Assembly: GCA_963745475.1 (NCBI GenBank)
Contig: CAVUXN010000004.1
Span: 1 to 64,000, forward strand
DNA: 64,000 nt
From: an uncultured delta proteobacterium
GTDB lineage: Bacteria; Myxococcota; Myxococcia; Myxococcales; Myxococcaceae
Reading direction: 5' to 3'
The translations under genes and the position numbers were made by a program. The notes beneath the pieces are model-generated. The model made no database searches and was not told the DNA's origin. It worked only from the letters and a program-made list of their open reading frames with translations. Every line of letters starts with the position of its first letter. Within the stretch, counting starts at the first letter, position 1. Positions 21,746-30,549 of this stretch are shown here, piece after piece.

Positions 21746-22055
21746 TCACAAACCGCCGTAGAATCTGCCAAACTCCCGCGCCAGCATCAGCGAGATCAAG
21801 AACGCTCCGGCCCCGACGAGTAGGATGTGTCGCCAGCGCCGCAGCACGAATGTTCCCACTTTACCCAGCAGCAGGTAGGCCACTACCGCGTTCCCGAAGC
21901 CCCAGAGGACGTTAACCAGCGCGGACGACAGGCCCTCACCCGGCGGATGCGCGAACGGGCTCTGGGTGTCCCGTGATGCCAGTCACGAAGTGAGGCACCG
22001 CGTTCGCGAGGAACGCGCCTCCAAAGAAGTAGGCAACGTAGTGGTACCAACGCAT
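21746..22055 (-). pseudogene. Small 3-TM membrane protein, frameshift near 21965
   Basis: MRWYHYVAYFFGGAFLANAVPHFVTG joined to QSPFAHPPGEGLSSALVNVLWG...FGRFYGGL*; GGAGG RBS. Confidence 0.7.
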
Positions 22056-22274
22056 CGCGTCCTCCAGGCGCACCTCGAAAGGGGAAGCACCAAGGCAGCA
22101 TAGCGTGGACGATGGGCCGCGGACCGGGGCCAATCGCCGGGGTGCATCCAAAACGTCTTCAGCTCTGGAGCGCCTGGACCGAGCCTCCTCGGCTCAAGCC
22201 CAGACAACGCTGGCCGCGGAGGCGGCTCCGAACGACGCCTGGCACCGCCCCGGACGTGGGAAGATGGGCTCACC

Positions 22275-22859
22275 GTGCAGGACCCCTCGAGCGAGCCCGC
22301 CGCGCTGGCGGAGCGCATACAAGCCGGCGACGCGAGCGCCGAGCGACTCTTGGTGGAGCGTTTCAGCCGAGGTGTCCGCGCGATTCTCAGGCATGCAACC
22401 CGGGAAGCAGCTGCCGTCGATGACCTCTACCAAGAGACGTTCCGCATCGCCTTAGAGCGCATCCGAAAAGGAGCCGTGCGAGAGCCCTCTCAGCTGGCCG
22501 GCTTCCTGGCAGCGCTGGCGCGGAATCTGGCTATCAAGCATTTTCGCCGGGGGCGGCACATCTCCCCGGGTAACGCCGACCTTCTGAACGAGATGGAGGC
22601 GCCGGGCCAAAGCCCGCTCGACTCCATTGCCGCACGCGAGCAAGCCGAGTGCGTCCGTCGCGTCCTTGAGGAGCTGCCCGTCCAGCGAGACCGGGAGGTG
22701 CTACGCCGCTATTACCTCACCGCTGACGACAAGGACGGCATTTGCCACGACTTTGGTCTCTCGCGCCTCCAGCTCAACCGCGTCCTGTTCCGGGCGCGCG
22801 AGCGATTCCGGGAGCACTGGCTCTCCCAGCAAGCGCCGGCAGGAAAGGGGACGCGATAA
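22275..22859 (+). CDS. ECF sigma factor
   Basis: LAERIQAGDASAE, DDLYQETF, RNLA, DREVLRRYYL, LNRVLFRARERF. Confidence 0.9.
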   Translation: MQDPSSEPAALAERIQAGDASAERLLVERFSRGVRAILRHATREAAAVDDLYQETFRIALERIRKGAVREPSQLAGFLAALARNLAIKHFRRGRHISPGNADLLNEMEAPGQSPLDSIAAREQAECVRRVLEELPVQRDREVLRRYYLTADDKDGICHDFGLSRLQLNRVLFRARERFREHWLSQQAPAGKGTR

Positions 22860-22878
22860 CTTGCCCTCACCTCACACC
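22853..22878 (+). promoter_or_regulatory. Putative ECF promoter GCGATA-N16-CACC upstream of the anti-sigma gene
   Basis: One of three copies of the motif with identical 16-nt spacing in this locus; overlaps the sigma stop codon. Confidence 0.65.
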
Positions 22879-22890
22879 CTGAAGGCCAGT

Positions 22891-23667
22891 ATGGAACACA
22901 CGGACATTGACGAGGGCGCCTGGCCCGAGCGGTACGTCACTGGCCGTCTCAACCCGGAGGAGCAGGCCCGATTCGAGGCCCACTTCGTGGACTGCGCGAG
23001 CTGCCTGGACCGACTCGAGGCGGCTGAGGGTCTCCGCACCGGCCTCCAAGTCGCGCCGACCGAGGCACGGCCCGTCCCCCACACCCGGCGCCGGCGTTGG
23101 GCAGTCCGAGCCGGCTGGGCGGCGGGCGGCGCGGCGGCAGTGGGCCTCCTGGCAGCGCTTTCCACGACATGGCAACGGGCACGCCGCGCCGAGTCAGAGC
23201 TTGCGCGGCAACACGTCCTCGTCACCGAGGGCGGCCAGCTGCTCGCCCTGGCCCGAGCTGCAGGTGAGGCAGAGCGGAATGCCCGAGAAGCGCTCGAGGC
23301 GTCGCTGCGGAACGCGCGCGCAAGCCCGCTGCACGTGCCCGTTCTGGCGCTTCTCACCACCCGAGGCGCCGAGGTGCCGGAGCTCGAGCTCCCGGCCGAG
23401 CCGGCACCCGTGGTGCTTTCCGTGGAGCGCGAGGACCCGCCCCGCTTCGAGCATTACCGGGCGACACTGCTTTCAGCGAGCGGCGAGCAGCGGTGGCAGG
23501 AGGAGGCACGTCCCGCCTCGCGCGAGGCCGTGGTGCTGGCTCTGCATTCGAGCCTGCTGCCACCGGGCTTCTATGTCCTCTTGCTGGAAGGCGCCGGCAA
23601 GGCCAACCGCTGGACGCCGGTCGCCCGCCACGCCTTCCGGGCTGTCGCCTCCAAAACCGGCCGGTAG
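22891..23667 (+). CDS. ZAS (zf-HC2) anti-sigma factor: one TM, a coiled coil and a C-terminal extracytoplasmic domain
   Basis: YVTGRLNPEEQARFEAHFVDCASC (HxxxCxxC), RRRRW followed by a hydrophobic helix, beta-rich C-terminus. Confidence 0.88.
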   Translation: MEHTDIDEGAWPERYVTGRLNPEEQARFEAHFVDCASCLDRLEAAEGLRTGLQVAPTEARPVPHTRRRRWAVRAGWAAGGAAAVGLLAALSTTWQRARRAESELARQHVLVTEGGQLLALARAAGEAERNAREALEASLRNARASPLHVPVLALLTTRGAEVPELELPAEPAPVVLSVEREDPPRFEHYRATLLSASGEQRWQEEARPASREAVVLALHSSLLPPGFYVLLLEGAGKANRWTPVARHAFRAVASKTGR

Positions 23668-23703
23668 CCCCTCGCTGGGGCAAGGCAGAGGTCCGGGCAT
23701 GCA

Positions 23704-24300
23704 CTAGAATTGCGCGTGAAACACTATGGATTCCGGGGCCTCGTTATTCGGCGGCTGGTACGGCTCAAGCACCGCGTCCACCCTCCCATGGACGGTGTAG
23801 GTCTGGCTGTTGCCTGCCGCCTGTCCCGCCTCCACCGAGCAGAAGACGAAGGTGGAAGACCCGTTAATGGCGGGGTCCGAGAAGAAGGCCGGGCCGGCAG
23901 AACTGCCCGTCACGAGGTAGCCGACCTCGGTGGTGGTGCCGGCATAGGAGGTGCCGGCGGTGGGGACGTCTGCCAGGGTGAGGTCGACGCTGATGTCGGG
24001 GGTGCCGCTCCGGCCGATGATGAAGTTGAAGGTGGGCGGCTCTGAACCCGCAGCCACCACCCACGTGGCGATGGGCGCGTCGTCGCAGTTGAAAGTCTCC
24101 TGCCCGCCCGGAACCTCCGTCGAGTCATCCCCATCGTTGTCCCCCGTCAGTTGGAAGGTGCAGGCGCTGGCGCAGCCACCGGGGTGTCCTCCGTCCGGTT
24201 GTCCCCCCGCGCTGCCGCACCCGAGGAGAGGCCCCGAGAAAACGAGGGCGGTGACACCTCCCACTGCCAGCTTCTGGAGAACTCTTGACATGGACGTCAT
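23704..24300 (-). CDS. Acidic lipoprotein of unknown function
   Basis: Signal peptide with lipobox LLGC, a Gly-rich linker and a beta-rich mature part ending in Phe. Confidence 0.75.
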   Translation of the reverse strand: MTSMSRVLQKLAVGGVTALVFSGPLLGCGSAGGQPDGGHPGGCASACTFQLTGDNDGDDSTEVPGGQETFNCDDAPIATWVVAAGSEPPTFNFIIGRSGTPDISVDLTLADVPTAGTSYAGTTTEVGYLVTGSSAGPAFFSDPAINGSSTFVFCSVEAGQAAGNSQTYTVHGRVDAVLEPYQPPNNEAPESIVFHAQF

Positions 24301-24335
24301 CCCCTGGGGATTGCTGTGTTGGCTCCTCTTTCCAC

Positions 24336-24364
24336 AGTGCAGGCCACGTCCCAGTTGTCGCACC
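24336..24364 (-). promoter_or_regulatory. Putative ECF promoter GGTGCGACA-N16-CACT
   Basis: + strand TGTCGC 24356-24361 and AGTG 24336-24339; about 35 nt upstream of the lipoprotein start. Confidence 0.65.
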
Positions 24365-24394
24365 TTGCCGGTGAGGGCCGAGCGTCCGTCCGGC

Positions 24395-27300
24395 CTAGCA
24401 GCCGGCGGCTTCGGTGGCGTCGGGGCACCCCGTGGGCAGCTTGACGGCCTGCAAAAAGCTGGCAAGCGTCGTGGGCAAGGCGGCTTCGTTTCCACCCACC
24501 TCCCCCAACGCCCCGGCCGCAAGGTTGCAAACGAGGCTCACCGCCAGCCCGACCTGGGCCTGCTCCCCGCTGACGCCTTCAGGCGCATCAAACATCAACG
24601 TCGCAATGGCGAAGACGCCTGCCACCGCGTCACCCAGGATGAAGAATGGGGCGAGGCCCTCCGCCCCGAGGACGGTTGCGGCCAAGCTCAGCAAGTTAAG
24701 CAGCGAGCTCGCGTCCGAGTAAGCCTGGCAGCCGGAGGAAGTGCTGCCCCCGCCCGTGCCGTCCGGCAACACGCCCAACAGCGAGCCGGTGTCCTGTTCC
24801 ACGGCCCAGAAGGCTGGCGGAAAGCCCTGGGGAGGTAGGACTCGGTAGTGCGTCGGGTATTGGTTGAGCAGGTCCGCGAGCTCCTGCTGGCGCGAGGCGC
24901 TGACGAAGGTGAGCGTCTCCGGGAGTACGTCTCCTGGGGGAATGGACATGAGAGGGGAACCGGCCAGGAGACTGGCCCCGCTCTTCACTGCTGCATGCGC
25001 CTCCACAACATCGAGTGTCGCCGTCCGGGCCACCGTCTCCTGAAAGGAGGTGGCCGCGCTTGCGCTCAGGGTGGACCAGCGAGACTGTCGAAGGACGTCT
25101 AGCCGAGTCAAAAAGCCCACGCCAAATTGCGGCCGCTGGGTGCAGGCGATGATGCGAAGCGAAGTGGGGTAGGTGAGCGAAGCGCCATCCACCGCCCCTT
25201 GAAGGGGGCTCTGCATGAGCCCGAGCACCGGCGGCACCAGGTTTCCAGCATCCTTCAGCGTGCTTTGAATGGACGTCAGGTCCTGCTTAGCCACCGCATC
25301 CCAGAGAGGCTGGATGGCGAGCTTCCCTGTCAGAAAGTCGTCCAGGCGGATGGAGAGAGAGGGCGGCCCACCCTCGACGGAAATGAAGGTAGTACCGAAG
25401 AGCATTCCTCGTACCTCGTCGAGAAGAGCCGGTGGCAGCGCGGTTCCCCGAGCCGGAGGCTGTGAGCCCGCGAAACCCGCCAGCACCCGGGTGGCTGAAA
25501 CCCCGCCGACTTCGATGGTGAGGTAGAGGCCGGCCAGCGCTGCGGTCAGTGTCCGTTGTCCCAAAGGCGGGACTGCGTAGCTGTCACTTGCCGTCTGCGC
25601 GCCTACCGTCACTGTCACTGGCCGGGGGCTGGCGCCAGCCTCCGCCGCCGTGTACTCCATGACGAAGGGCTGAGCGACTTGGTGCTGCTGCAGAAAGGCG
25701 AGAACGGCTGCGACGGACGCCGCAATTCCGGCCCCTGGGAGCGCCTGGCCGCCGCTGCGCTGGACGACGTCGTTCATGGTGCCTGTGTCGAGCAAGGCGC
25801 CACCGAAATTGACGTCGCTCACCCCGACGGCGATGACGGGCGCCCCGGCGGAAACGGCCGCCTTGTCCGAGCCCAGTGGGCTGGGCCCTGGGAGAAACTC
25901 GCTTGCCATGACAATAACCGTGGGCCGTTGCTGGTTGGCCTCGGCCAGTAGGCGCCAGGTGTCATCGGTGTCGCCACTGCCAATTTCGGCCACCACCGCG
26001 TCTGGGCTTTGGAGCAAGTCGTACGTCGCCACGTCCCCACCACCCACCTGCAAGGTGGCCGCGGGGTAGGCACCGACGACGGCCGTGGTGATGGCCCGCG
26101 CCCAGTCGAGGGCGCTTTCCTGTGTGTCAAGCGCATCATCGACGTCGACGATGAGCATCACCCTGGGTGGGCCCTGCGGGGTGCTTGTTAGCTGAAAGGC
26201 TTCGGACACTCCTCCGTCCACGAGGCCGAAGTCGCCGCTGCTGAGGCCGGCCACCGTCTGCCCGGATGTGTCCAGGGCTTGCACCTGCAGGCGCACCTTG
26301 GGAAAGGCGGCCGCATTGGCCTTGACGGAGAGCGAGGCAACGCGGGCCGCAGCCGTCGGGTCCGGCGCCGAGGGCAGCGTTACCGGCACTCCGTTGAGCA
26401 GCACGCTGCCGCTCGACTCCTGCACAAGGTCACCGCCGAGCGTGACGATGGTGCCCGTCTGAAGCAGCCGAAGCCGAGTGGCGTCGTCCACGTCCGGTCC
26501 CTTAAGACTCAGGACAGGCAGGAAGGCACGGAGGTTGCGGGCAGGCGTCGTCAGCACCGTTGCCGTCGTCCCCACTGGCGCAAACTGGAGTGCCAGGCAA
26601 CGCCCGACGACGTCCTCGGCACCCCAGGTGCCCTCGAGCAGCGGCAACTGTCGCGTCGGGTCTGCGGTGGTGGAGGCCGAGAGCCGCACTAAGACTGAGA
26701 GAGCCGCGTCGGCGGCAGGCGCCGGTACAGGCGAGTCGCTCGTGCCGGAGTCCCCCAGCACCGCACCGGGGATACTCGGGTTGGCGTACACCGTCTTTCC
26801 ACCCACCTTCACCGCGACGAGAGGAAGGCTGTTGAGGGTGTTGAAGTCGAGAGTCGGGTCCGGCTGAGCTTGCGGCGCCAGTCCGGGCGGTAACGCCGCC
26901 CAGACGGCTGAGGTGATGGCGGCGGCTTCGGCACCGGTGGCGTCGATGAGAGGAAGCGTCGGGGTGCCAGTATTTCCCAGCGTCGCGTTGAAGGCGTCGA
27001 GTGTCGCCTGGTCGATGGCCGGGTTGAAGGGAGCCTCCGCAGTTCGGAAGTACATGGCTGTTAGCGCCGCGGTGCTGGTGTCCACCGGCGTGCCGGTTAC
27101 GACTTGCGCGGTGAAGCCGGCTCGCTGGTACAGCTGGACAAGGAGCTCGGCCTTTTCTCGGGGCGTCCCCATTCCTCCGCGCAGCGTGCCGCGCACGCCC
27201 CAGCGCATCTCCGTCACGACGTTCATCGGGTTAAGGGGTGGACAGGTCGCAATCTGGTCGCGCACGAAGTCCAGCAGGGCGGACGGGTCCCGGCGCGCGA

Positions 27301-27541
27301 CCAGCTTGTCGGCGACTGCGAGCCGATGATCCGGACTCTGTCGGAGAGCCTGCTGCAGCTGCGCCCATATAGTGAAGGGGTCCGCCGCGACGGGCGGGAA
27401 AGGTTGCGGGTGGGAGGAGCCGCAACGGAGCAGCAACGCCGAGGCCGCTCCCACCGAGAGGCCGAGAAAGCCGCGTCGAGTGAAGCCCGCGGAACTCTCT
27501 CGAATTCGCCGGGCAGGCCTCGCCATCCAACTCGGGTACAT
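24395..27541 (-). CDS. Large Tat-exported (lipo)protein with transglutaminase-like and vWA-like regions and a hydrophobic C-terminus
   Basis: AGGAGG RBS before ATG 27541; TRRGFLGL...LLLRC; GTPREKAELL..RAGFTAQVVTG; FPKVRLQV..DTSGQTVAGL..DF..RVMLIVD; uninterrupted ORF. Confidence 0.8.
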   Translation of the reverse strand: MYPSWMARPARRIRESSAGFTRRGFLGLSVGAASALLLRCGSSHPQPFPPVAADPFTIWAQLQQALRQSPDHRLAVADKLVARRDPSALLDFVRDQIATCPPLNPMNVVTEMRWGVRGTLRGGMGTPREKAELLVQLYQRAGFTAQVVTGTPVDTSTAALTAMYFRTAEAPFNPAIDQATLDAFNATLGNTGTPTLPLIDATGAEAAAITSAVWAALPPGLAPQAQPDPTLDFNTLNSLPLVAVKVGGKTVYANPSIPGAVLGDSGTSDSPVPAPAADAALSVLVRLSASTTADPTRQLPLLEGTWGAEDVVGRCLALQFAPVGTTATVLTTPARNLRAFLPVLSLKGPDVDDATRLRLLQTGTIVTLGGDLVQESSGSVLLNGVPVTLPSAPDPTAAARVASLSVKANAAAFPKVRLQVQALDTSGQTVAGLSSGDFGLVDGGVSEAFQLTSTPQGPPRVMLIVDVDDALDTQESALDWARAITTAVVGAYPAATLQVGGGDVATYDLLQSPDAVVAEIGSGDTDDTWRLLAEANQQRPTVIVMASEFLPGPSPLGSDKAAVSAGAPVIAVGVSDVNFGGALLDTGTMNDVVQRSGGQALPGAGIAASVAAVLAFLQQHQVAQPFVMEYTAAEAGASPRPVTVTVGAQTASDSYAVPPLGQRTLTAALAGLYLTIEVGGVSATRVLAGFAGSQPPARGTALPPALLDEVRGMLFGTTFISVEGGPPSLSIRLDDFLTGKLAIQPLWDAVAKQDLTSIQSTLKDAGNLVPPVLGLMQSPLQGAVDGASLTYPTSLRIIACTQRPQFGVGFLTRLDVLRQSRWSTLSASAATSFQETVARTATLDVVEAHAAVKSGASLLAGSPLMSIPPGDVLPETLTFVSASRQQELADLLNQYPTHYRVLPPQGFPPAFWAVEQDTGSLLGVLPDGTGGGSTSSGCQAYSDASSLLNLLSLAATVLGAEGLAPFFILGDAVAGVFAIATLMFDAPEGVSGEQAQVGLAVSLVCNLAAGALGEVGGNEAALPTTLASFLQAVKLPTGCPDATEAAGC

Positions 27542-27564
27542 CGCCCACCTCCTGTATCCAGTGA

Positions 27565-27593
27565 GGTGTCGGCAACACCGTCCCTGTCGCACC
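27565..27593 (-). promoter_or_regulatory. Putative ECF promoter GGTGCGACA-N16-CACC
   Basis: + strand TGTCGC 27585-27590 and GGTG 27565-27568; just upstream of the RBS of the Tat gene. Confidence 0.65.
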
Positions 27594-27710
27594 CCTCGTC
27601 TGCCCCCTGCCTCCTCCCCGCGGGCAGCGTGTCTCCAGCGCCGGGCCCAGCCCGCACCGGTGGTTTGCCGCGCTGGAGGTCAGGGGTTAGCGTCGGCTCT
27701 CCCAGCGCTC

Positions 27711-30509
27711 ATGCGGCACGTGCCATATGCGCTCCTCCTTGCGGGCGCCCTGTCTTGTGAAGCTGTGGCCTGGCCCGTGCCTTTGGGCCTTGCCGAGTCG
27801 GCGGCACCCGAGGAGCTCTCTTCTGAGGAGCGTGTTTCGCGCTCCTTAGGGCCCGGCCAGAGCCACGCCTACCGCCTAAACCTCGAGGCCGGTGAGCTGA
27901 CGCACACCGAGCTCGAGCCGGAGGGCCTCCCCTTCACGCTGGCTCTGGTTGGGCCGGACGGGGGCACGCTCGTCGCGGTGGGTAACCCCCTGGGCAACGA
28001 CGAGGCCCTTCCTCTCACAATGGTGGTGCCCTCGACGGGTAGCTACCTGCTGACGGTGGCTCTCGCGGCGGCGGCCCCGGGCGACGGGACGTACCGCCTA
28101 CTCCGCGCGGCCCCACGGGTGGCCACGCCAGCCGATGCCACCCGCATCGCAGCTGAGCGCGCCTTCGCGGAGGCGGAACGCCTCCAGGCCGAGGGCACGG
28201 CCGAGGCATGCCGGCAGTCCACGGCACGAGCGAGGGAGGCAGCCACGCTGGCTCACCAGGCCGGAGACGCGCGTCGCGAAGCCCTTGCCCGCGAGACGGC
28301 GCTGGGGAGCCTGTACCTCACAAGCGATTTCCACGAAGCGGAGAAGGAGGGTTTGCTCGCGCTCGAGCTGTGGAAGTCGCTCGGCGACGACAGAGGCCAG
28401 TGCGACACACTCGGCAATCTCGCGGCCGTGGCCATTGGCCTAAGCGACTTCGAGCAGGCGCTCGGCCTTTACCAGCAGGCCTTGCCGCTCACCCAGAGGC
28501 CGGGAGTCGAGGCCCTAGAGGGGCCCATCGTCCACGGAATTGGTTTCGTCCACCAGGCGCTGGGCGATGACCGCGTTGCGCTCGACTACTACAGGCGGGC
28601 GCTGGCGCTGGAGACGCGGCCCGGCCACCACGAGGACACCTCTGGTACCCGAGACACCATTGGGATGGTCCTCCTCAACTTGAAGGACTACCGGGGCGCC
28701 TTGGCCAGCCTCCAGCGAGGTTTGGCCGAGCGCGAGGCGCTGAAGGACCGACGCGGGCAGGGCATAAGCCACGCGCACATCGGCTGGGTGTACGACGACG
28801 AGGGCAAACACGAGGCGGCACTGGTGCAGTACCAAACGGCTCTGGAGTTGAGTCGCGCGGCGGGCGACCGCTTCAGCGTTGCCATCGTCTTGGACACGCT
28901 AGGCACGACGCTTCGGACGCTGGGGCGAAAGGCGGAAGCGCTCAGCTGTCACCAGGAGGCCCTCGAGGTGGCTCGCTCCATTGGCGAGAAGGACGAGGAG
29001 GAGATAGCCCTCACCCACATCGGCCGTCTCCAGCGCGACTTGGGCCAGCTGGAGGAAGCGCGGGAAACACTGCTTCAGGCTTTGGAGCAGACGGAGGCCG
29101 TGCGCTCGGCGCTGGTGGCTCCGGACCACCGGGCCTCCTACCTGGCGCGCATTCGGGGGCGCTACGACTTGCTCATCGACGTCCTCGTCCGCCTACACCG
29201 CCAGAATTCGAGCCACGGTTACGACGCGCAGGCGCTGCTGGTGAGCGAGCGCGCGCGTGCGCGAGGACTCCTCGACTTCCTCGCTCAGGCCAAGGTGAAT
29301 CTGCCGGCAACCGCCACTGCGCCGCAGAATTCGGCACTCGCCACGCCGCGTCTGCTGGACGTCGCGGACATCCGACGAGAAGTCATCGACGCGGACACTC
29401 TGCTCCTCGAATACGCCCTCGGGGACGAGAGGAGCGAGCTGTGGGTACTGGGAGAGGACAGCTTGGCCGTCTACGAGCTCCCGGCGCGAGCCGTCGTCGA
29501 AGCGGCGGCACGCAAACTGTACGCGCGATGGAGTTCCAACTCGCTGGACCCGGACGAGGAGCGACTTGCGCGCGCGTTGGGGGCCATGTTGCTCGGCCCG
29601 GCGCGCGAAACGCTAGGCCACAAGCGGCTGCTCATCTCGGCGGACGGCGCGCTACATTTCCTTCCCTTCGGGGCGCTCGTTTTACCGGGACAGCTCCAAC
29701 GGCGGGTACTTGAGGCGCACGAGGTTGTGGCCATCCCCTCGGCCTCGACGCTGGCGGCGCTCCGCGAGCGGCGTCCCGCACCCCTTCCCGCGGGCGCGAC
29801 TCTGGCCGTCTTTGCCGACCCTGTCTTCAGTGCGTCCGACGAGCGTGTGTCGCCCAACGGGAGGGCACCAGTCCCGGCGGTGGTGCCCGCTGACCTCCAA
29901 CGCTCGGCCAGTGAGTCCGGTTTGCACGGTTTCCAGCGGCTCCCCGCGACGCGCCGCGAGGCGGAGTCCATCCTCGGCCTTCTCCCGGCGGGCGCGGGTC
30001 TGGCGGCGCTGGACTTCCAGGCAAACCGTTCGACGGCCATGGACGCGGAGCTCGCCCGTTACCGCATCGTCCACTTCGCCACCCACGGCCTATTCAACAG
30101 CCAGCACCCCGAGCTCTCCGGGCTCGTCCTCTCCCTGGTGGACGCGTCGGGCCAACCCGAGAATGGCTTTCTCCGGGTGCAGGACGTCTTCGGCATGACG
30201 CTGGGGGCAGACCTCGTCGTCCTGAGCGCCTGCCAGACGGCCCTGGGGAAGGACATCCGCGGGGAAGGGCTAGTTGGGTTAACGCGCGGTTTCATGTACG
30301 CCGGGGCTCCGCGGGTGGTGGCCAGCCTCTGGAAAGTAGCGGACCGGGCGACGGCAGAGCTCATGCGTCGCTTCTACAGTGCGCTGCTCCTGGAAGGGAC
30401 TTCACCGGCTGCTGCTTTGCGCAATGCGGAGTTGGAGCTCAAGCACCAGCGTCCCTTTTCCTCTCCCTACGCTTGGGCGGCCTTCACCTTCCAGGGCGAG
30501 TGGCGCTGA
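27711..30509 (+). CDS. TPR-CHAT caspase-like cysteine protease with a signal-like N-terminus and a PPC-like beta domain
   Basis: MRHVPYALLLAGALSC; several TPRs; DGALHFLPF, VHFATHG (catalytic His), VLSACQT (catalytic Cys), ASLWKVAD, PYAWAAF. Confidence 0.93.
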   Translation: MRHVPYALLLAGALSCEAVAWPVPLGLAESAAPEELSSEERVSRSLGPGQSHAYRLNLEAGELTHTELEPEGLPFTLALVGPDGGTLVAVGNPLGNDEALPLTMVVPSTGSYLLTVALAAAAPGDGTYRLLRAAPRVATPADATRIAAERAFAEAERLQAEGTAEACRQSTARAREAATLAHQAGDARREALARETALGSLYLTSDFHEAEKEGLLALELWKSLGDDRGQCDTLGNLAAVAIGLSDFEQALGLYQQALPLTQRPGVEALEGPIVHGIGFVHQALGDDRVALDYYRRALALETRPGHHEDTSGTRDTIGMVLLNLKDYRGALASLQRGLAEREALKDRRGQGISHAHIGWVYDDEGKHEAALVQYQTALELSRAAGDRFSVAIVLDTLGTTLRTLGRKAEALSCHQEALEVARSIGEKDEEEIALTHIGRLQRDLGQLEEARETLLQALEQTEAVRSALVAPDHRASYLARIRGRYDLLIDVLVRLHRQNSSHGYDAQALLVSERARARGLLDFLAQAKVNLPATATAPQNSALATPRLLDVADIRREVIDADTLLLEYALGDERSELWVLGEDSLAVYELPARAVVEAAARKLYARWSSNSLDPDEERLARALGAMLLGPARETLGHKRLLISADGALHFLPFGALVLPGQLQRRVLEAHEVVAIPSASTLAALRERRPAPLPAGATLAVFADPVFSASDERVSPNGRAPVPAVVPADLQRSASESGLHGFQRLPATRREAESILGLLPAGAGLAALDFQANRSTAMDAELARYRIVHFATHGLFNSQHPELSGLVLSLVDASGQPENGFLRVQDVFGMTLGADLVVLSACQTALGKDIRGEGLVGLTRGFMYAGAPRVVASLWKVADRATAELMRRFYSALLLEGTSPAAALRNAELELKHQRPFSSPYAWAAFTFQGEWR

Positions 30510-30549
30510 CGCGGCCTCCTCCCCGCCATTGCGAGGGTTTTTGATGGGG

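Noticed and set aside
27372..27710. N-terminal extension of the CHAT ORF overlapping the Tat gene
   Set aside because: Low-complexity antisense translation; ATG 27711 gives a signal-like N-terminus.
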